The position numbers and the translations under genes are program-made. A stretch of 56,850 nt of DNA, counting the filler, from Sphacelaria rigidula (taxonomy: Eukaryota): assembly GCA_964200075.2 (NCBI GenBank). It is 6 parts of 6 records of this genome, joined end to end, with 100 filler letters (N's around TTAATTAATTAA, not from the genome) between each part and the next. Parts side by side here need not be neighbours in the genome. Positions count along the whole stretch, not along the records: positions 1 to 9,393 come from CAXNAA020008603.1; positions 9,494 to 18,886 come from CAXNAA020008604.1; 4 more parts are not named here. One strand, given 5' to 3'. Positions 1 through 11,470 of this stretch are shown in pieces (within the stretch, counting starts at the first letter, position 1; the number at the start of each line of letters is the position of its first letter). The notes beneath the pieces were generated by a model that saw nothing but the letters and a program-made list of their open reading frames with translations, was not told the origin of the DNA and ran no database searches.

Positions 1-1124
1 AAAAAAGCGACGTTTTTAGTCCGAAATTGGTGCTTTCGCATATACACTTTGGGGGCACGGAAGACGGGCAACCCCCAAAAATAGTTTCAAGGGGGTCGGG
101 GTGCATGAGGTCGTCCATATGAAATTCATCGGTCATGACTTTAGGTCAGGGAAAGCACTGTTTTTGAGTTGAAACCCATTAAAATGCTGAACCTCAAAAA
201 CGATTCCAGGCGCTTCAATGGTACCCACGAAAGACCCAGGGAGACTCGTGACGGCTTCCCTTATATCTGTCGGAAAAAAGCTGAGATCGCCCTCAAACGT
301 GTTCTGTAGGTATTGATGCTCCAAATGGAAAGTATTCTTGACAATATTTCAAAGTTCATCCGTTCTCTACCGGCTTTTGGGGGTCCCAGTGTGAAGACCC
401 CCGGGAGGCGTTACATAATGCCTCAAAATAAAACAATATGAAAGGATGCGTCCCGGGTTAGTCCAAGGAATATTTGCACAAAAGGTGGTCGATCTCCAGA
501 AAGCCCATGCAGGTTTTCTCATTCTAACGTTGAATCTACTCCGGATCATTACGCAACTTTGGATGGACGAATTTTGAATTTTTCAATTTTTGATCCCACG
601 GGATCCGAATTTCCCCCTAAAACCTTGCGACCCCCGAAAAACGGTGAAAACATCTGAGAAAAGAAATCCCCTCGACCTTCGGGAGTTGTGTAATGACCCG
701 TAGCAATGTTGTGCATAAATTCAGGGTCCAGCACCAGCAAACGGCGTCAAGTTTTGCGTATGGCTGTTTGTAGGTTGAGAAGCGTGAACCAGCCGGTATA
801 CCATGACGGTCGAAAATACAAATGAATGTGCGATATCCACCCAGCACTACTCTAGAGCCACTATACACAAGGGTTTTCACCAAACCGCCAGCACCTTTGT
901 TTGTAATGATGACGAAAGTTTGAAGTATGGCACGGTCTTTTTCGTCTCAAGCTAACGAGGGGAAGATATATGCAATCAACGTCATCATGATCCTGAAAGA
1001 GATCCGCCACCTTCGTACGTATTCCTTCAGCTGGTTACACCGCTGTTTGATCGTCATATCACTACCAAATATGAGGATCAAAGGGAAGGTTTCTGACCGA
1101 TTCGCCGCTGCGGCGTTTCAATTT

Positions 1125-1465
1125 TTTATCCTCACTTCTGAACTCTTACCCTCTCTCGGAACGCGTCCGTGGTCTTGACGGATCATCTCATCTCTCCCTG
1201 GTACAGCTTTACATTTGGGTATCGTTGATGGGATAGGCACTCCATCACCGCGTCGACCGTCGTCTAACAGACTCAGCCGACCAGACTCCTTTCGATACTC
1301 ATGACCCCATGCTTTCATCAACATAAATCAGATACTCATGAGAAAAAGGCCTAGCTAGATGCATCTTAAAAGGTCTAACTAGACCAATGTAAAGGGAATC
1401 GAGCCCGCGTTTTTTCCGCCCTAACGATCTCAGTTGTACCATTACACGACCCGGGAGCGGCGGCT
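1125..1465 (-). mobile_element. tRNA-derived SINE, degenerate copy A
   Basis: Minus strand shows A-box-like GGTCGTGTAATGG and B-box GGCTCGATTCCC. The body (1140-1310) aligns by eye with the copies at 8570-8730 and 45030-45195. Confidence 0.7.
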
Positions 1466-2392
1466 GGCATGTCCGTCCATATATTCCATACTGCGGTGAC
1501 GTCTTTGCACTTGTCGCCGCAGCTCCGCCACTGCAACGAAGCCTGACTGCATTACCCAGCAGGCTGCATTCACTTGTTATTTATTTACGGAGGATAACAT
1601 TACGAGTAAGTAGGAGGAAAGAACAAGATCTACTCAAGGCAGTGGGCAAGTGAAATCAACTTTGTTCATTCGGTGAAAACCAAGGACGGGTGATGACCCT
1701 GATAATTACCGATTCGAAAGGCGCCGAAAGAAGCTGTTTGCACACTTCGTTCAAGTCTCTCAAGGTTGAGCTCTTCCGACACGCACCGCAACCTGCGCAG
1801 GGACGACGTAGGTATCTCATATATTCTGCAGACTGTGCAAAAGATCAGATCGAACGATGTTGCTGTCACCGAGTTCTTTGACAAAAAGCGGAGAAACGTT
1901 CGCGGCCAAATCCACGCGAAAGTTCTCCATACTAGAGTCATTACTGTCCATTCATTGTTCAGCTCAGCATCCTCTGCTCAGCGCAGGAGGTCGTTGTCAG
2001 TACAAGCAGTATTGTACCATACCAGTAGGTGACTCCCATGCCGCCACGACAACGTCCTACATATGGCTAGCCCGCCCTCCCCCTCCCCCTCCCCCCCCAC
2101 TCTCCTGCGCGGCTGTTGGGGGTTGGCATCAGTTGGCAACGACGGTGTAAAGCTCACCAGTCACTGCGTAACCTAGGCAACCAGGTTACCGTTTATTGTG
2201 CGGTAATCGTGATGGTGGTCGTGCGGGGGTCAAAAACCCGAACTCCGTGCAAAGGGGATGATCGTACTGCGTAGTGTTTATATAGTGCGACATCCGTGAG
2301 GCAGTGTGGACCTCATGGCTGTCTCTGGAAGTTGCGATACCAGAGAATGAAGCAACGCATCGTAGTTTGTCATCCATATGCAATATAACCAC

Positions 2393-2621
2393 TACAATGC
2401 GTGAGAGGACCGCGTGCCTAGAGGACCGCATCGGAACTTGAACATCCCTATGGTTAGGGTTAGGGTTAGGGTTAGGGTTAGGGTTAGGGTTAGTGTCAGG
2501 GTTATGGTAAGGGGCGTGGTACCTCCAGGAGCTGACCCGATTGGTTTTAGAAAATGTCAATCCTGAGGTGTTTTAAACTACGGCGCGGTCTTCTAAACAC
2601 GCGGTCCTCTCACGCATTACA
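2393..2621. mobile_element. Non-autonomous TIR element (MITE) with internal (TTAGGG)6, copy 1
   Basis: About 37-bp TIRs, TACAATGCGTGAGAGGACCGCGTG... and ...CACGCGGTCCTCTCACGCATTACA. TTAGGG x6 at 2454-2489. Flanks ACCAC/GTCAC. Confidence 0.85.
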
Positions 2622-2634
2622 GTCACTACGCTTC

Positions 2635-2782
2635 GGACCGAACGATCTTAACCGGATGCAGCTCACCCTTCATGCGACTCGCCGAACACATCACGACTTG
2701 GCTTCGCGCTAGGTGATTGCGAGGCCAACGGTCTTATGACTACGGCATACAAGGTCGTGGGTGCACCCCCCCCCTCCTCCCC
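2635..2782 (+). mobile_element. Poly(C)-ended retroposon 3' fragment (family B)
   Basis: Homologous to 20172-20371 (GGATGCAGCTCACC..TTCATGCGACTCGCCGAACACAT). Ends GGGTGCA followed by a C-run. Confidence 0.65.
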
Positions 2783-3230
2783 TTGTCGGGAAAACTTCGT
2801 AGCCGAAAGGGGTTGGTCCACCTCTCTCCTCATGAGTACCTGGTAGAGCTATCCTGGCATCGCGGATTAAACCCACACTTCCGCACCGCTTCGACTTCAT
2901 CAAATGTTCTTTGCCACTCGGGTCCGTACAGTTCCAACGACAAGATCAGATACTCCTGATAAGATAACCGTATTTTCTACGATTCGAACACTCGACGCCA
3001 CTCTCAACGGTTCTGGGATGTACTAACTAAACCACCGGGGCACGGTGGCGCTGCACACCCCTACGTATAATTTCAATCATACGTACACGTATGCTCACAC
3101 CCATACCGGTACCTCACATACAAAAATGCGTTAATGCACGTGGTACGTTCCTAATTATTCGCCTGTATATGAAGAGGTGTATCACTTCGGTAGACAGAGC
3201 CTTACGGGTAAGACGGTCGTCGGAGACGTC

Positions 3231-3465
3231 TGTAATGCGTGAGAGGATCGCGTGCTCAGAGGACCGCATCGGAATTTGAACATTCCCATGGTTAGGGTTA
3301 GGGTTAGGGTTAGGGTTAGGGTTAGGGTTAGGGTTAGTGATGGGGTTGTGGTCAGGGGCGTGGCACCTGCAGGGACTGGCCCGATTGGTTTGGAAAAACA
3401 TTGATCCTGCGGTGTATTGAACTACAGCGCGGTCTTCTAAGCACGCGGTCCTCTCACGCATTACA
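3231..3465. mobile_element. Non-autonomous TIR element (MITE) with internal (TTAGGG)7, copy 2
   Basis: TIR TGTAATGCGTGAGAGGATCGCGTGCTCAGAGGACCGC versus its near-perfect inverse ending at 3465. TTAGGG x7 at 3292-3333. Flanks ACGTC/CCGTC, a probable 5-bp TSD. Confidence 0.9.
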
Positions 3466-3984
3466 CCGTCGTCCTGATGCCGAAGGAACGCCGAGGCTGG
3501 GCGATGCTATCTCTTGTGTAATGCAGGCAAGAGGGGGGTCAGACTAAAGAAGTGATCCACCGTGAAGTGGACCCTTTCCTCGGGGAATGCTCGGCCACCG
3601 TAATATCGGGCTCTTACTGACACAACCCCGAGTCGTCTAGTACCGTTGGCCTTACAGGGTCCTGGTATTCTGATCATTTTGGACCGTTCCTACCCCGTGC
3701 CTGCATGCGCTGGTTCCTCGTACATGTGTGGCATTAATATCTGATGTGCCACTGCAAACAGGTGTCTTCTACGTGTACGTGCACATGAAAATGCTCGTGC
3801 ATGTACATATTATGCACACCCTACGATACATATTATGCAGTATCATTTATTGCTATTGTCTCAAACGTTGTTGGTAAGAACTTGGTCACCCTCCTTTTCA
3901 TATCATTTCTATCGTCGTTGGCCTGGCTACCTTGATTTGCATTGCGATCTCTGGTGAGCTTGTTACCGACGACTATATTCGCAT

Positions 3985-6880
3985 AGCCTGCCTTCTTGTC
4001 CGATACCGTTAGTATGAACTCGTGACAGGCCACAACCACCACAGTCATGTTCTGGCAAGCCCGTCTGGGGTCGACCTCATGCCTGCGTCATCTGCGTAAA
4101 GCGTTTCCCATACTGCGCGGTTCACCTTATCCAGCGGGGTATTTCCCAGGGCTTCGCCATCCTCATTTGTTGACGCATCATCTAGATGTACGCAGACTGA
4201 GAAGATGGCCAGGGTTGCCAAAAACCGCTGACATAACGTTGAGCAGTTCTGCGCCGAAGATGTTGAACAATAACGGGGACGAAATGCATTCTTGCCCAAG
4301 TCCCTGGTAACCGTGGAATCGCCGTGATAATTCGTCATCGTCCAGCCATACCCGAACTCGCATGCCATCGTGCAACATACGGATAACGTTGATCATCTGC
4401 GGACGGACTCCGAATTGGGGAAGCACGCACACGAGCATGCGGTCTACGTAGTCGTACGTCTCCTGCACATTTATGGAGGGCATATTCAGTGGGATGTCGC
4501 TCGCTCATCCCAATTCTTGCGGGCGGCGTAATACGAAGTCCATATCGGTGATCGATCATTGGCGCCGAAATCCGCGCTGTACTTTCAGGAAGATCCATGC
4601 CTTCTCGCATATTCTACCGAGGTGATGGCCACGATTTTGAGGAGGATGTTTTCAGCATGAGGGGGGGTGCCTCTGTAGTTTCCACCCTCGGCCCTATCCT
4701 TTTTCTTGCGTACGACTTGCACAGTGATGTCTTTCCACTCTTGCAGTACCTCGCGAGACGTCCAAATAGAAGCGATGAGTGTAAACGTGGTACAGTATTT
4801 CCGAAGGCTCTCTGACGAACCTAAGCTTGAGGAGTTCAGCGTGTTGCCTCTTTGGTCCCGTCGCTTTGCCGCTGGCAACAACTCTCAGGGCTTCATCAGT
4901 TGTACTTGGACTTGGCGAGTCTCCAAGTGACATCGCTCTCGGCCTTTGCTCGACGCTGTCGACGACGGCTCGATCAATACTTCCCCATGTTGCACTCAGC
5001 AAGGTAGAGGGGTACCGTCCCCATTTATCACAAAATGAGCCTCCGTGTCGTAAGAAGTTTCTCATTCTTCTCGTCCTTGATATACTGTTCGCTCTTTACG
5101 TTCGCCCCCACCAGTCTCCATCGTGCTTCCCAATACCGGTGTATCGTTCCTTCATGTCCCCAACTGTAGTGATCTCCAGTTCCTTTGCATACTAGGTACC
5201 TGTCTACCCGAGCGCTCTCGAGGGCCGCCTTGTGGTACCACCTCTCGACCCTATTCGCACCGTCGACCGTCGCCCTCTCCCGCTCACTCGACGCCTGTTC
5301 AAACTCTGCTCGGAGTCCAGCACCTTCCAACACCCCTCTCAGAGTGGCTTTCGGGTCGGACAGGGCGTCGCCGTCCCGGTGGAGCTCCGAAGTGTCTCGC
5401 CAAACTTCGCAGAAAATTTACGGACTGTATCGCCGGCTTGACCTTGCTTCAGCTCGCTGATGATAAGCTAGGTGAGGCTCGCACGTCTGTCGGTGTGATG
5501 CCGCAGTTCGCCTGCCTTACGAGTTTGACCCCTGTGGGAGCTCGCAGGGATCTGTTGCACGCGAATCGTCTCGGAAGCCGCATTGAGGCGGAAATGATGT
5601 GATGTGGGTCCGGTGAGGGGCGGTTGAAGGCGGACGGTGACATTGCGGACAAGCTTGCGGTGGGCTGGTCGTATGATCATTTAATCGATGCGCTTCATGT
5701 TCGCGGGACGGTTAGCAATACAATTGAACCTACGCATCGTGCCCCCCTCCGGGATGGAGGAAAATATTTTGACCAGGGCAAGTCTGTTGGTCACCTGCAA
5801 GTTGTATTCGTAGCAAGGCAGTTTCATTACTGTCACTGACTAAAGGGTGCCGGCCGTATTCTCCCGCGTTTCTAAGGCCCCTTATTCCTACGATTACCGT
5901 AGTCCTAGCGTCGGCGTCAATCGATATCAACAACTCGTAACTGTTTGGGAATTCGGCTCACATTGCTGCCTATCTCAGTCCAGAACGTATATTCACTCTT
6001 GACTTCAACATGTCCGTGGGAGTAAAGCAAATCACAAACGTAATAGCACGTCCGACTTGCCTGCCAGGTCGAAAGTCATTGAGATAAGGCGTTCGTGATG
6101 AACGATATTGTTCCCGTAGCCTTGTTAATGAGCAGCTCCTTGACCGCCAACCCAACTCCATGTTGTCCAGCCCTCCTAATTGACCGATAAACGGGTACAG
6201 CAGAACGTCTGACGGCCGCGCAGCGACATACAGACAGGTGAAGTCTTTCGGGACACAAGAGGCACTGTTAACCGTGCCCACAACTCATGGCGATGGTGAG
6301 GCCATACGGGAGAACAATGGGGAGTGCGTCGGTTAGCATCTGGAAACCCCAAACACGACCTGAGTGTTTCACCTGTACGCAGTTGTCGACCCCTGCACAG
6401 ATGCGGAACGTTTCTCACCCATAATACTCCGTCGGATATCCTAATATACCACTATCTACCGTTCGATTGAAGTCGAAGCAAATCGCTTCATCACACACCT
6501 TCTATGCTTCCGCCCGACGGCAGAAGACGCGATATCTCGCCGCAGTGAAGTCAGTCCGACCCGTCCTCGTCGTCTGTTGCAGCACGATGATGTCACAGCC
6601 TATCGCTCTGCACTTTTGCAAGGCCATCTCAGCATGGCCAGCCCCCTTTTATTCCCGTGAGGGGCAGTGTACGGACGTTGCAGGTTGCCGCTGTAAGCTC
6701 CCCTTTACGCGATCTAGCGCTGGCTTTGTCTCCATCTACACGCTTCGCTCTCTGTTCTGCTCTACTTTTTTTATCTTCCCCTCTATCTTGTCTTCCGATC
6801 AAATAGTTCTTGTCTCTGTTCCGATTCTTTTGTTGATCCACGTATCCATAGATTTGGTTCGCATTTTGGTTTTACCCGGA
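3985..6880 (-). mobile_element. Decayed LINE (RTE-like), APE endonuclease plus reverse transcriptase, 3'-truncated
   Basis: Broken ORF pieces give the APE N-terminal motif ATCNVRTL (6629-6841 ORF) and RT motifs QEWKDITV..VRKKKDRAEGGNYRG, GLGQECISSPLLFNIF and LYADDAG. Many frameshifts and stops. Confidence 0.85.
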
Positions 6881-6882
6881 GG

Positions 6883-7327
6883 GTGCAGCAGGCGCGTTCC
6901 TCGATCGATACGAAGTCGTTTGCACCGTGCGATGGCTTGAATGATGGCTACGGACTACGTGAGTGTATTACATCTGCTGTGGTGTCGATGCAAGGTACAT
7001 GGGACAAGCACGGACAGGTATTCCACTCGCTGGAGGCGGACATAGGCCATGTTCAAGTCGTGACTTGGACGTAGGGTATGTCCACATCTCGTCGTGCGGC
7101 GGTATTGTTTAGCACTGTGCAGCAGGCGCGTTTCTCGTCCGCTACGAGACCGTTTGTACCGTGCGATGGCTTGAATGGTGGCTCCGGGCTGTGTGAGTGT
7201 ATTCCGGGTGTTGTGCTGTCGATGCAAGGTACATGGGACGAACGCGGGGAGGTAGTCGAATCGCAGCTGGACCTGGACATAACTATTGCCAAGTCGCGGC
7301 GTCGACACAAGCTATGTCCAAGTCGCC
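6883..7327. repeat. About 440-bp direct repeat, copy 1 (itself two diverged ~235-bp subunits)
   Basis: Matches 8093-8530 at an offset of about 1204. Subunits 6883-7117 and 7118-7327 share TTTG(C/T)ACCGTGCGATGGCTTGAATG and GTCGATGCAAGGTACATGGGAC. Confidence 0.85.
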
Positions 7328-7329
7328 CC

Positions 7330-8090
7330 TCATCACAGACGATACTGATCTCGTCGTTTGCCTGCCTTCGCCGGCAAAATAAAGGGCAGGGTCACGCAAC
7401 CCGCCCGAGTATGGCGTTCATAATCGTGGTGAACATATTTCTCACAACCTCGCTGTGACAGCGAAGGGGCAGTCGTACAGGCTAGGGCCTGATCGACCGG
7501 CTCTCTCGGGATGCTGCAGCAGCACACATAAGGAAACATATCGACTGTAGAAAGCCCCGTGCATAGATTGCAGCATGCTTGCTTTCCGTGTGTTGTATGC
7601 GCAGATACGCCCGATTAAACCACCAGCTATACAGTTTTCAGACGGCGCGGTAGCGTACACACTCGTAGCAGCACTGCAGGCAAGTAGGTAGCTACTGGAT
7701 TGTTTCTGCTCTTCACTTCGAAAGTGTGTGTGACTGCAAACGACGGCCACCGTGCTTGACCCCAACAACTCGAACACCGCCGCCGGGACATACACCGTGT
7801 AGGGAGACAGATACAGTCAACCCGCGGTGCTTTTTACCCTACGACATAGCCCAGGGTGCCACTAGCAAGGTTCCTGATGATTCTTGCATGCTTGCGAGCG
7901 CCACGGGGTACGCCAAGGGCAGCTCTGCGGAGTTTTGAGCGGTGGTCCGAAATATTCGGCATTCGCCAAACGTGAAGGCTTGGCGAGAAAAACTAGCCAC
8001 TTTACTTTCGGAGAACGCTAAGCGCCAGGTGCGAAAACGCCTAAGATCTTTCACGTCCCCGAAAAACCTGCGTCGATAGTGACGGCCCTA
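7330..8090. mobile_element. Dispersed ~760-bp repeat, probable end of a PIF/Harbinger-like element
   Basis: Colinear with 19220-19974 (for example GCAAGTAGGTAGCTACTGGATTGTTTCTGCTCTTCACTTCGA). Both copies end G(G/C)CC followed by TAA. Confidence 0.6.
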
Positions 8091-8092
8091 AC

Positions 8093-8530
8093 CGGCGCAT
8101 TTCTCGATCGATACGAAGTCGTTTGTACCGTGCGATGGCTTGAACGATGGCTACGGATTGTGTGAGTGTATTACAGCTGCTGTGGTGTCGATGCAAGGTA
8201 CATTGGACAAGCACGGACAGGTATTCCACTCGCTGGAGGTTGACATAAGCTTTGTCCAAGTCACGACTTGGACATAGCGTATATCAACATCTCGTCGGGC
8301 GGCTGTATTTTTTGGCACTGTGCAGCAGGCGTGTTTCTCGTCCGCTACGAGACCGTTTGTACCGTGCGATGGCTTGAATGGTGGCTCCGGACTGCGTGAG
8401 TGTATTCCGGGTGTTGTGCCGTCGACGCAAGGCACATGGGACGAACGCAGGCAGGTAGTCGAATCGCAGCTGGACTTGGACATAACTATTGCCAAGTCGC
8501 GGCTTCGACACGAGCTATGTCCAAGTCGCG
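8093..8530. repeat. About 440-bp direct repeat, copy 2
   Basis: Direct match to 6883-7327. Confidence 0.85.
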
Positions 8531-8559
8531 ACCTGGAAATAGCATTTTTACCCCATACT

Positions 8560-9185
8560 CATTTGTCGCACTTTGAACCCCTCCCCTTGCTCGGGATGGG
8601 TCCGTGGTCTCAAGGGACCAACCCATCTCTCCCCGGTACACGCTTTACATTTTGGTCTCGCGGATTGGATCAGCACTCCCGCACCGCGTCAACTCACGTC
8701 AAACAAACCCAGTCGACTATTTTGTTTACTCATGTTCTCACGCTTTCCACGGTGAAACCACATACTCCGAAAAAAAAACGAAACACATCGGGAATGTTTA
8801 CTCACGTTCTCACGCTTTGCACGGTGAAAATCACATACTACGAACAAAAAACACGACACATCGAGAGACACTTTCTACGATAGCCCCCCCCCAAAAAGTG
8901 CAAGGTTCTGGAAGGCAAAATCTTCACATAGATCGAAATGGGAAATGTCGAGCACAACGAGCAGCTGGGAATTCCCACGCTTGGGTTCGTATTAGCCAAT
9001 GTCGCCAATATGAGGCGCTTCATGCGGCGCGAACCCCAGCATCAGGCGCTGTATGGCCATATTTTTTGTAACACTTTTGGGCTGGTTTTTGGGGGGATAT
9101 CGTAGAAAGTGTCGAGAATCGAATCCTCGTTCTCTCCACCCTAACGGCTACAGTCGGGTCATTACACCACCGGGGCGCGGCGGCT
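8560..9185 (-). mobile_element. tRNA-derived SINE copy B, interrupted by a MITE and a ~72-bp tandem duplication
   Basis: Head on the minus strand GGTGGTGTAATGA...GGATTCGATTC (9114-9185). Body is the reverse complement of 44975-45200. 8724-8795 is duplicated as 8796-8866. Confidence 0.85.
8867..9113. mobile_element. MITE with GACAC...GTGTC termini and 4-bp TSD GAGA
   Basis: TIRs GACACTTTCTACGATAGCCCCCC and GGGGGGATATCGTAGAAAGTGTC. GAGA at 8863-8866 and 9114-9117. Confidence 0.9.
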
Positions 9186-9351
9186 ATTCAAACATAGTTT
9201 TCGCTATTGCTTATCACAAGCAATGAAGCAACACATAAAAAATAGGCGTTCAGACTGAAACGCGCGAAACTTTAAATCAGTCATCAGGGGTCTGTCAAAC
9301 TTGTTTTTTCGGGACACTTAGGCTCCAAGATCGAAAAATTGAGTTTCTGAC

Positions 9352-9393
9352 GGGGGGGGGGGGGGTACTCATTTGTTGCTTGCCTTAGTCGTT
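9352..9393 (-). mobile_element. Poly(C)-ended LINE 3' end (family A) at a contig edge
   Basis: Reverse complement reads AACGACTAAGGCAAGCAACAAATGAGTAC followed by a C-run. Confidence 0.8.
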
Positions 9394-9493
9394 NNNNNNN
9401 NNNNNNNNNNNNNNNNNNNNNNNNNNNNNNNNNNNNNTTAATTAATTAANNNNNNNNNNNNNNNNNNNNNNNNNNNNNNNNNNNNNNNNNNNN
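9394..9493. other. Artificial contig linker
   Basis: 100 bp of N with a central TTAATTAATTAA (stops in all six frames). Confidence 0.98.
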
Positions 9494-9569
9494 AACGATT
9501 CATCCACTACTCGACCGCCTTTCACTCTCAATCGTATCATCTACTCTCAATCTCACGAAAACACTGTTT

Positions 9570-9904
9570 ATATAAGATTAGATGGCACACAATAATAAGG
9601 TTCAAGCCCAAAACAGCGCTTTCCTCACACATAAAGTGACTGTGCCCGATGACGGTTTGTCAGCCTAATGCCCCCCGATCGCGTAGATACGTTTTCAGCG
9701 CATCTCACCGACTCCGTGAGCGTACAGCGCTGACCGGAACCGTCATTTATTTCCTCTATCGGGAAAATGCGCTGAAAAAGTATCTACTACGCGATCGATA
9801 AGTATTAGCCCGACAAAAAAGTCATCGGGAACCATCGCTGTAAGTGTGAGGAAAGCACTGTTTGGGGCTTGAACATCGTTGTAGTATACCACCCGATTTT
9901 ATAG
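9570..9904. mobile_element. Degenerate foldback MITE (~140-bp arms)
   Basis: GTTCAAGCCCAAAACAGCGCTTTCCTCACAC is inverted as GTGTGAGGAAAGCACTGTTTGGGGCTTGAAC. Inner pair GTAGATAC..TTTTCAGCGCAT and ATGCGCTGAAAAAGTATCTAC. Confidence 0.75.
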
Positions 9905-9908
9905 AATT

Positions 9909-10117
9909 AACAGCTGATAATCGAAATTGAGGATGGAGCTTTTCATTGAGGACGAAAACCCGGTGGGTTAGAATCTTCGTATCCACACCAAATCTTCGAA
10001 ATACGCTTCCATACCTTCACCAACTGGTTGCTATTATTTGGTGTGGATACGAAGATTTTAATCCTCCGGGTTTTCACCCTCAATGAGAAGCTCCATCCTC
10101 AATCTCGATGAACGGTT
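9909..10117. mobile_element. Foldback MITE related to 51152-51596
   Basis: About 80-bp inverted arms, ATTGAGGATGGAGC...ATCTTCGTATCCACACCAAAT and ATTTGGTGTGGATACGAAGAT...GCTCCATCCTCAAT. Confidence 0.8.
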
Positions 10118-10210
10118 ATTACTTGTCTGTTAAGGCCTGTTGACGAGTGCATTTGTAGAAACTTCCTGTCATGCTCCTCCATTGTTACACCTAAAAAATT
10201 AGAAACGAGG

Positions 10211-10454
10211 TATATTCCGTGGCCCGTGGCGAAGGATAGATTTAACTTTTATCTTTTGTATTATTAGAGAGTGCCTAGACTGAGTCGACCCTATGACTGA
10301 GGGATCAGATGTTGAGGGAGCTCAGCAGGCAGCGTGGTAGCTTGCCATGAGCGGGGTACTGTAGTCACACACACTCGACTACCAGTACCCGCACGTCCGC
10401 AATAATATATCCGCACATGTGCATGTTCACTCAGTGTACCTCTTCACATGAACA
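10211..10454 (-). repeat. 3' LTR of the copia element
   Basis: Aligns with 16353-16595. On minus it starts TGTTCATGTG and ends AATATA (terminal CA mutated). Confidence 0.9.
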
Positions 10455-10754
10455 ACCCCTCTGAACCGGTACATCAGTCGTCGTGGCTTTCTCTCTCTTG
10501 AAACAAAAACGTTTCAAGGGGGAAACCCGGCCATCCGGGCAAGAACCCCCCCCCCTCAACAGCTTGTGCTCCATCTAGACAACCCATGAACGCCGGTCAA
10601 GGCAGATACACGACATGTCAGGAAACGCCTTACAAAACCCATGCCCCTCAAAGTAGCGTGGGTGGCGTAATCCGAAATGCACATAAGTGCATCACTTGAA
10701 CATCTAAAAATACCCGGCACGAGCACAATGGCACACACAAAAAACGTACCCACT

Positions 10755-11470
10755 TGTCACCTTCCAAGTTTGTCGAAAAACGTCTGTGCCTTGTAAACAG
10801 GCTGATCGAAAGAGGTTTCGTCAAAATATCTGCATGCTGCCATCCTGAGCCTACATGTACAACCCTGACTTTTCCCGTCCCCACCAGCTCTCGAATGAAA
10901 TGATATCTCACGTCTATGTGCTTACTCCTCTCGGAACTGAGAGGATTTTCGACCAGAGCTTTTTCTCCCTCGTCATCCTCGTACAAAATATAAACTTGGT
11001 TCTCCCCGCTTCCCGACACAGTCTGCGGTCGAGTCATGCTCCGATAGAGGGGAGGTGTTTGATTCCATCAAAAAATGGGCTCATCGGTGCGTCAAACGAC
11101 CTGAGACGCTTGTGTTGCGCTTGTATTTGGGTAAAAGTGGTGTCAAGGAGTATGGATGAGCGCTATTCATCGAGAGCAAGCGCGCTCGAACAATCGTTGG
11201 CTGCTTCCAACGACGAATGAAGTGAACTTTCGTGGAAGAAAACGACCCCAAATCCCCCCCCCCCTATCGTAGCATGACTCGGTCGCAATAACGTCACACT
11301 GCCTTCACAAACAATCCCTCCTTTGCCCCCTCGGCCATTGCCACGTACTCTACCTCCGTAGTTGATAGAGTTACGCAGTGTTGCGTGCGGCTCGTTGCCG
11401 ACACTACCACACCACCGTACATCACGGCTACCCCTGAAACCGAACGTCTATCCGTTTCCTTCTTGGCGTA
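10755..11470 (-). pseudogene. Copia RNase H domain, frameshifted and split by a MITE
   Basis: Motifs RRSVSG, TLSTTEVEYVAMAEG and ERSKHIDVRYHFIRELV...QHADILTKPL. Interrupted at 11031-11280. Confidence 0.9.
11031..11280. mobile_element. Sola-like MITE (GAG...CTC termini, 4-bp TSD GGTC)
   Basis: TIRs GAGTCATGCTCCGATAG and CTATCGTAGCATGACTC. GGTC on both sides. The superfamily is inferred from termini and TSD only. Confidence 0.9.

Noticed and set aside
2454-3337. True telomere or chromosome-fusion scar; ORFs with NPNPNP
   Set aside because: The arrays are short, in the same orientation and enclosed by TIRs. The NP repeats are just translated CCCTAA.
9438-9449. Recurring TTAATTAATTAA palindrome as a biological motif
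   Set aside because: It always sits in the centre of a 100-bp N linker, so it is an assembly spacer.
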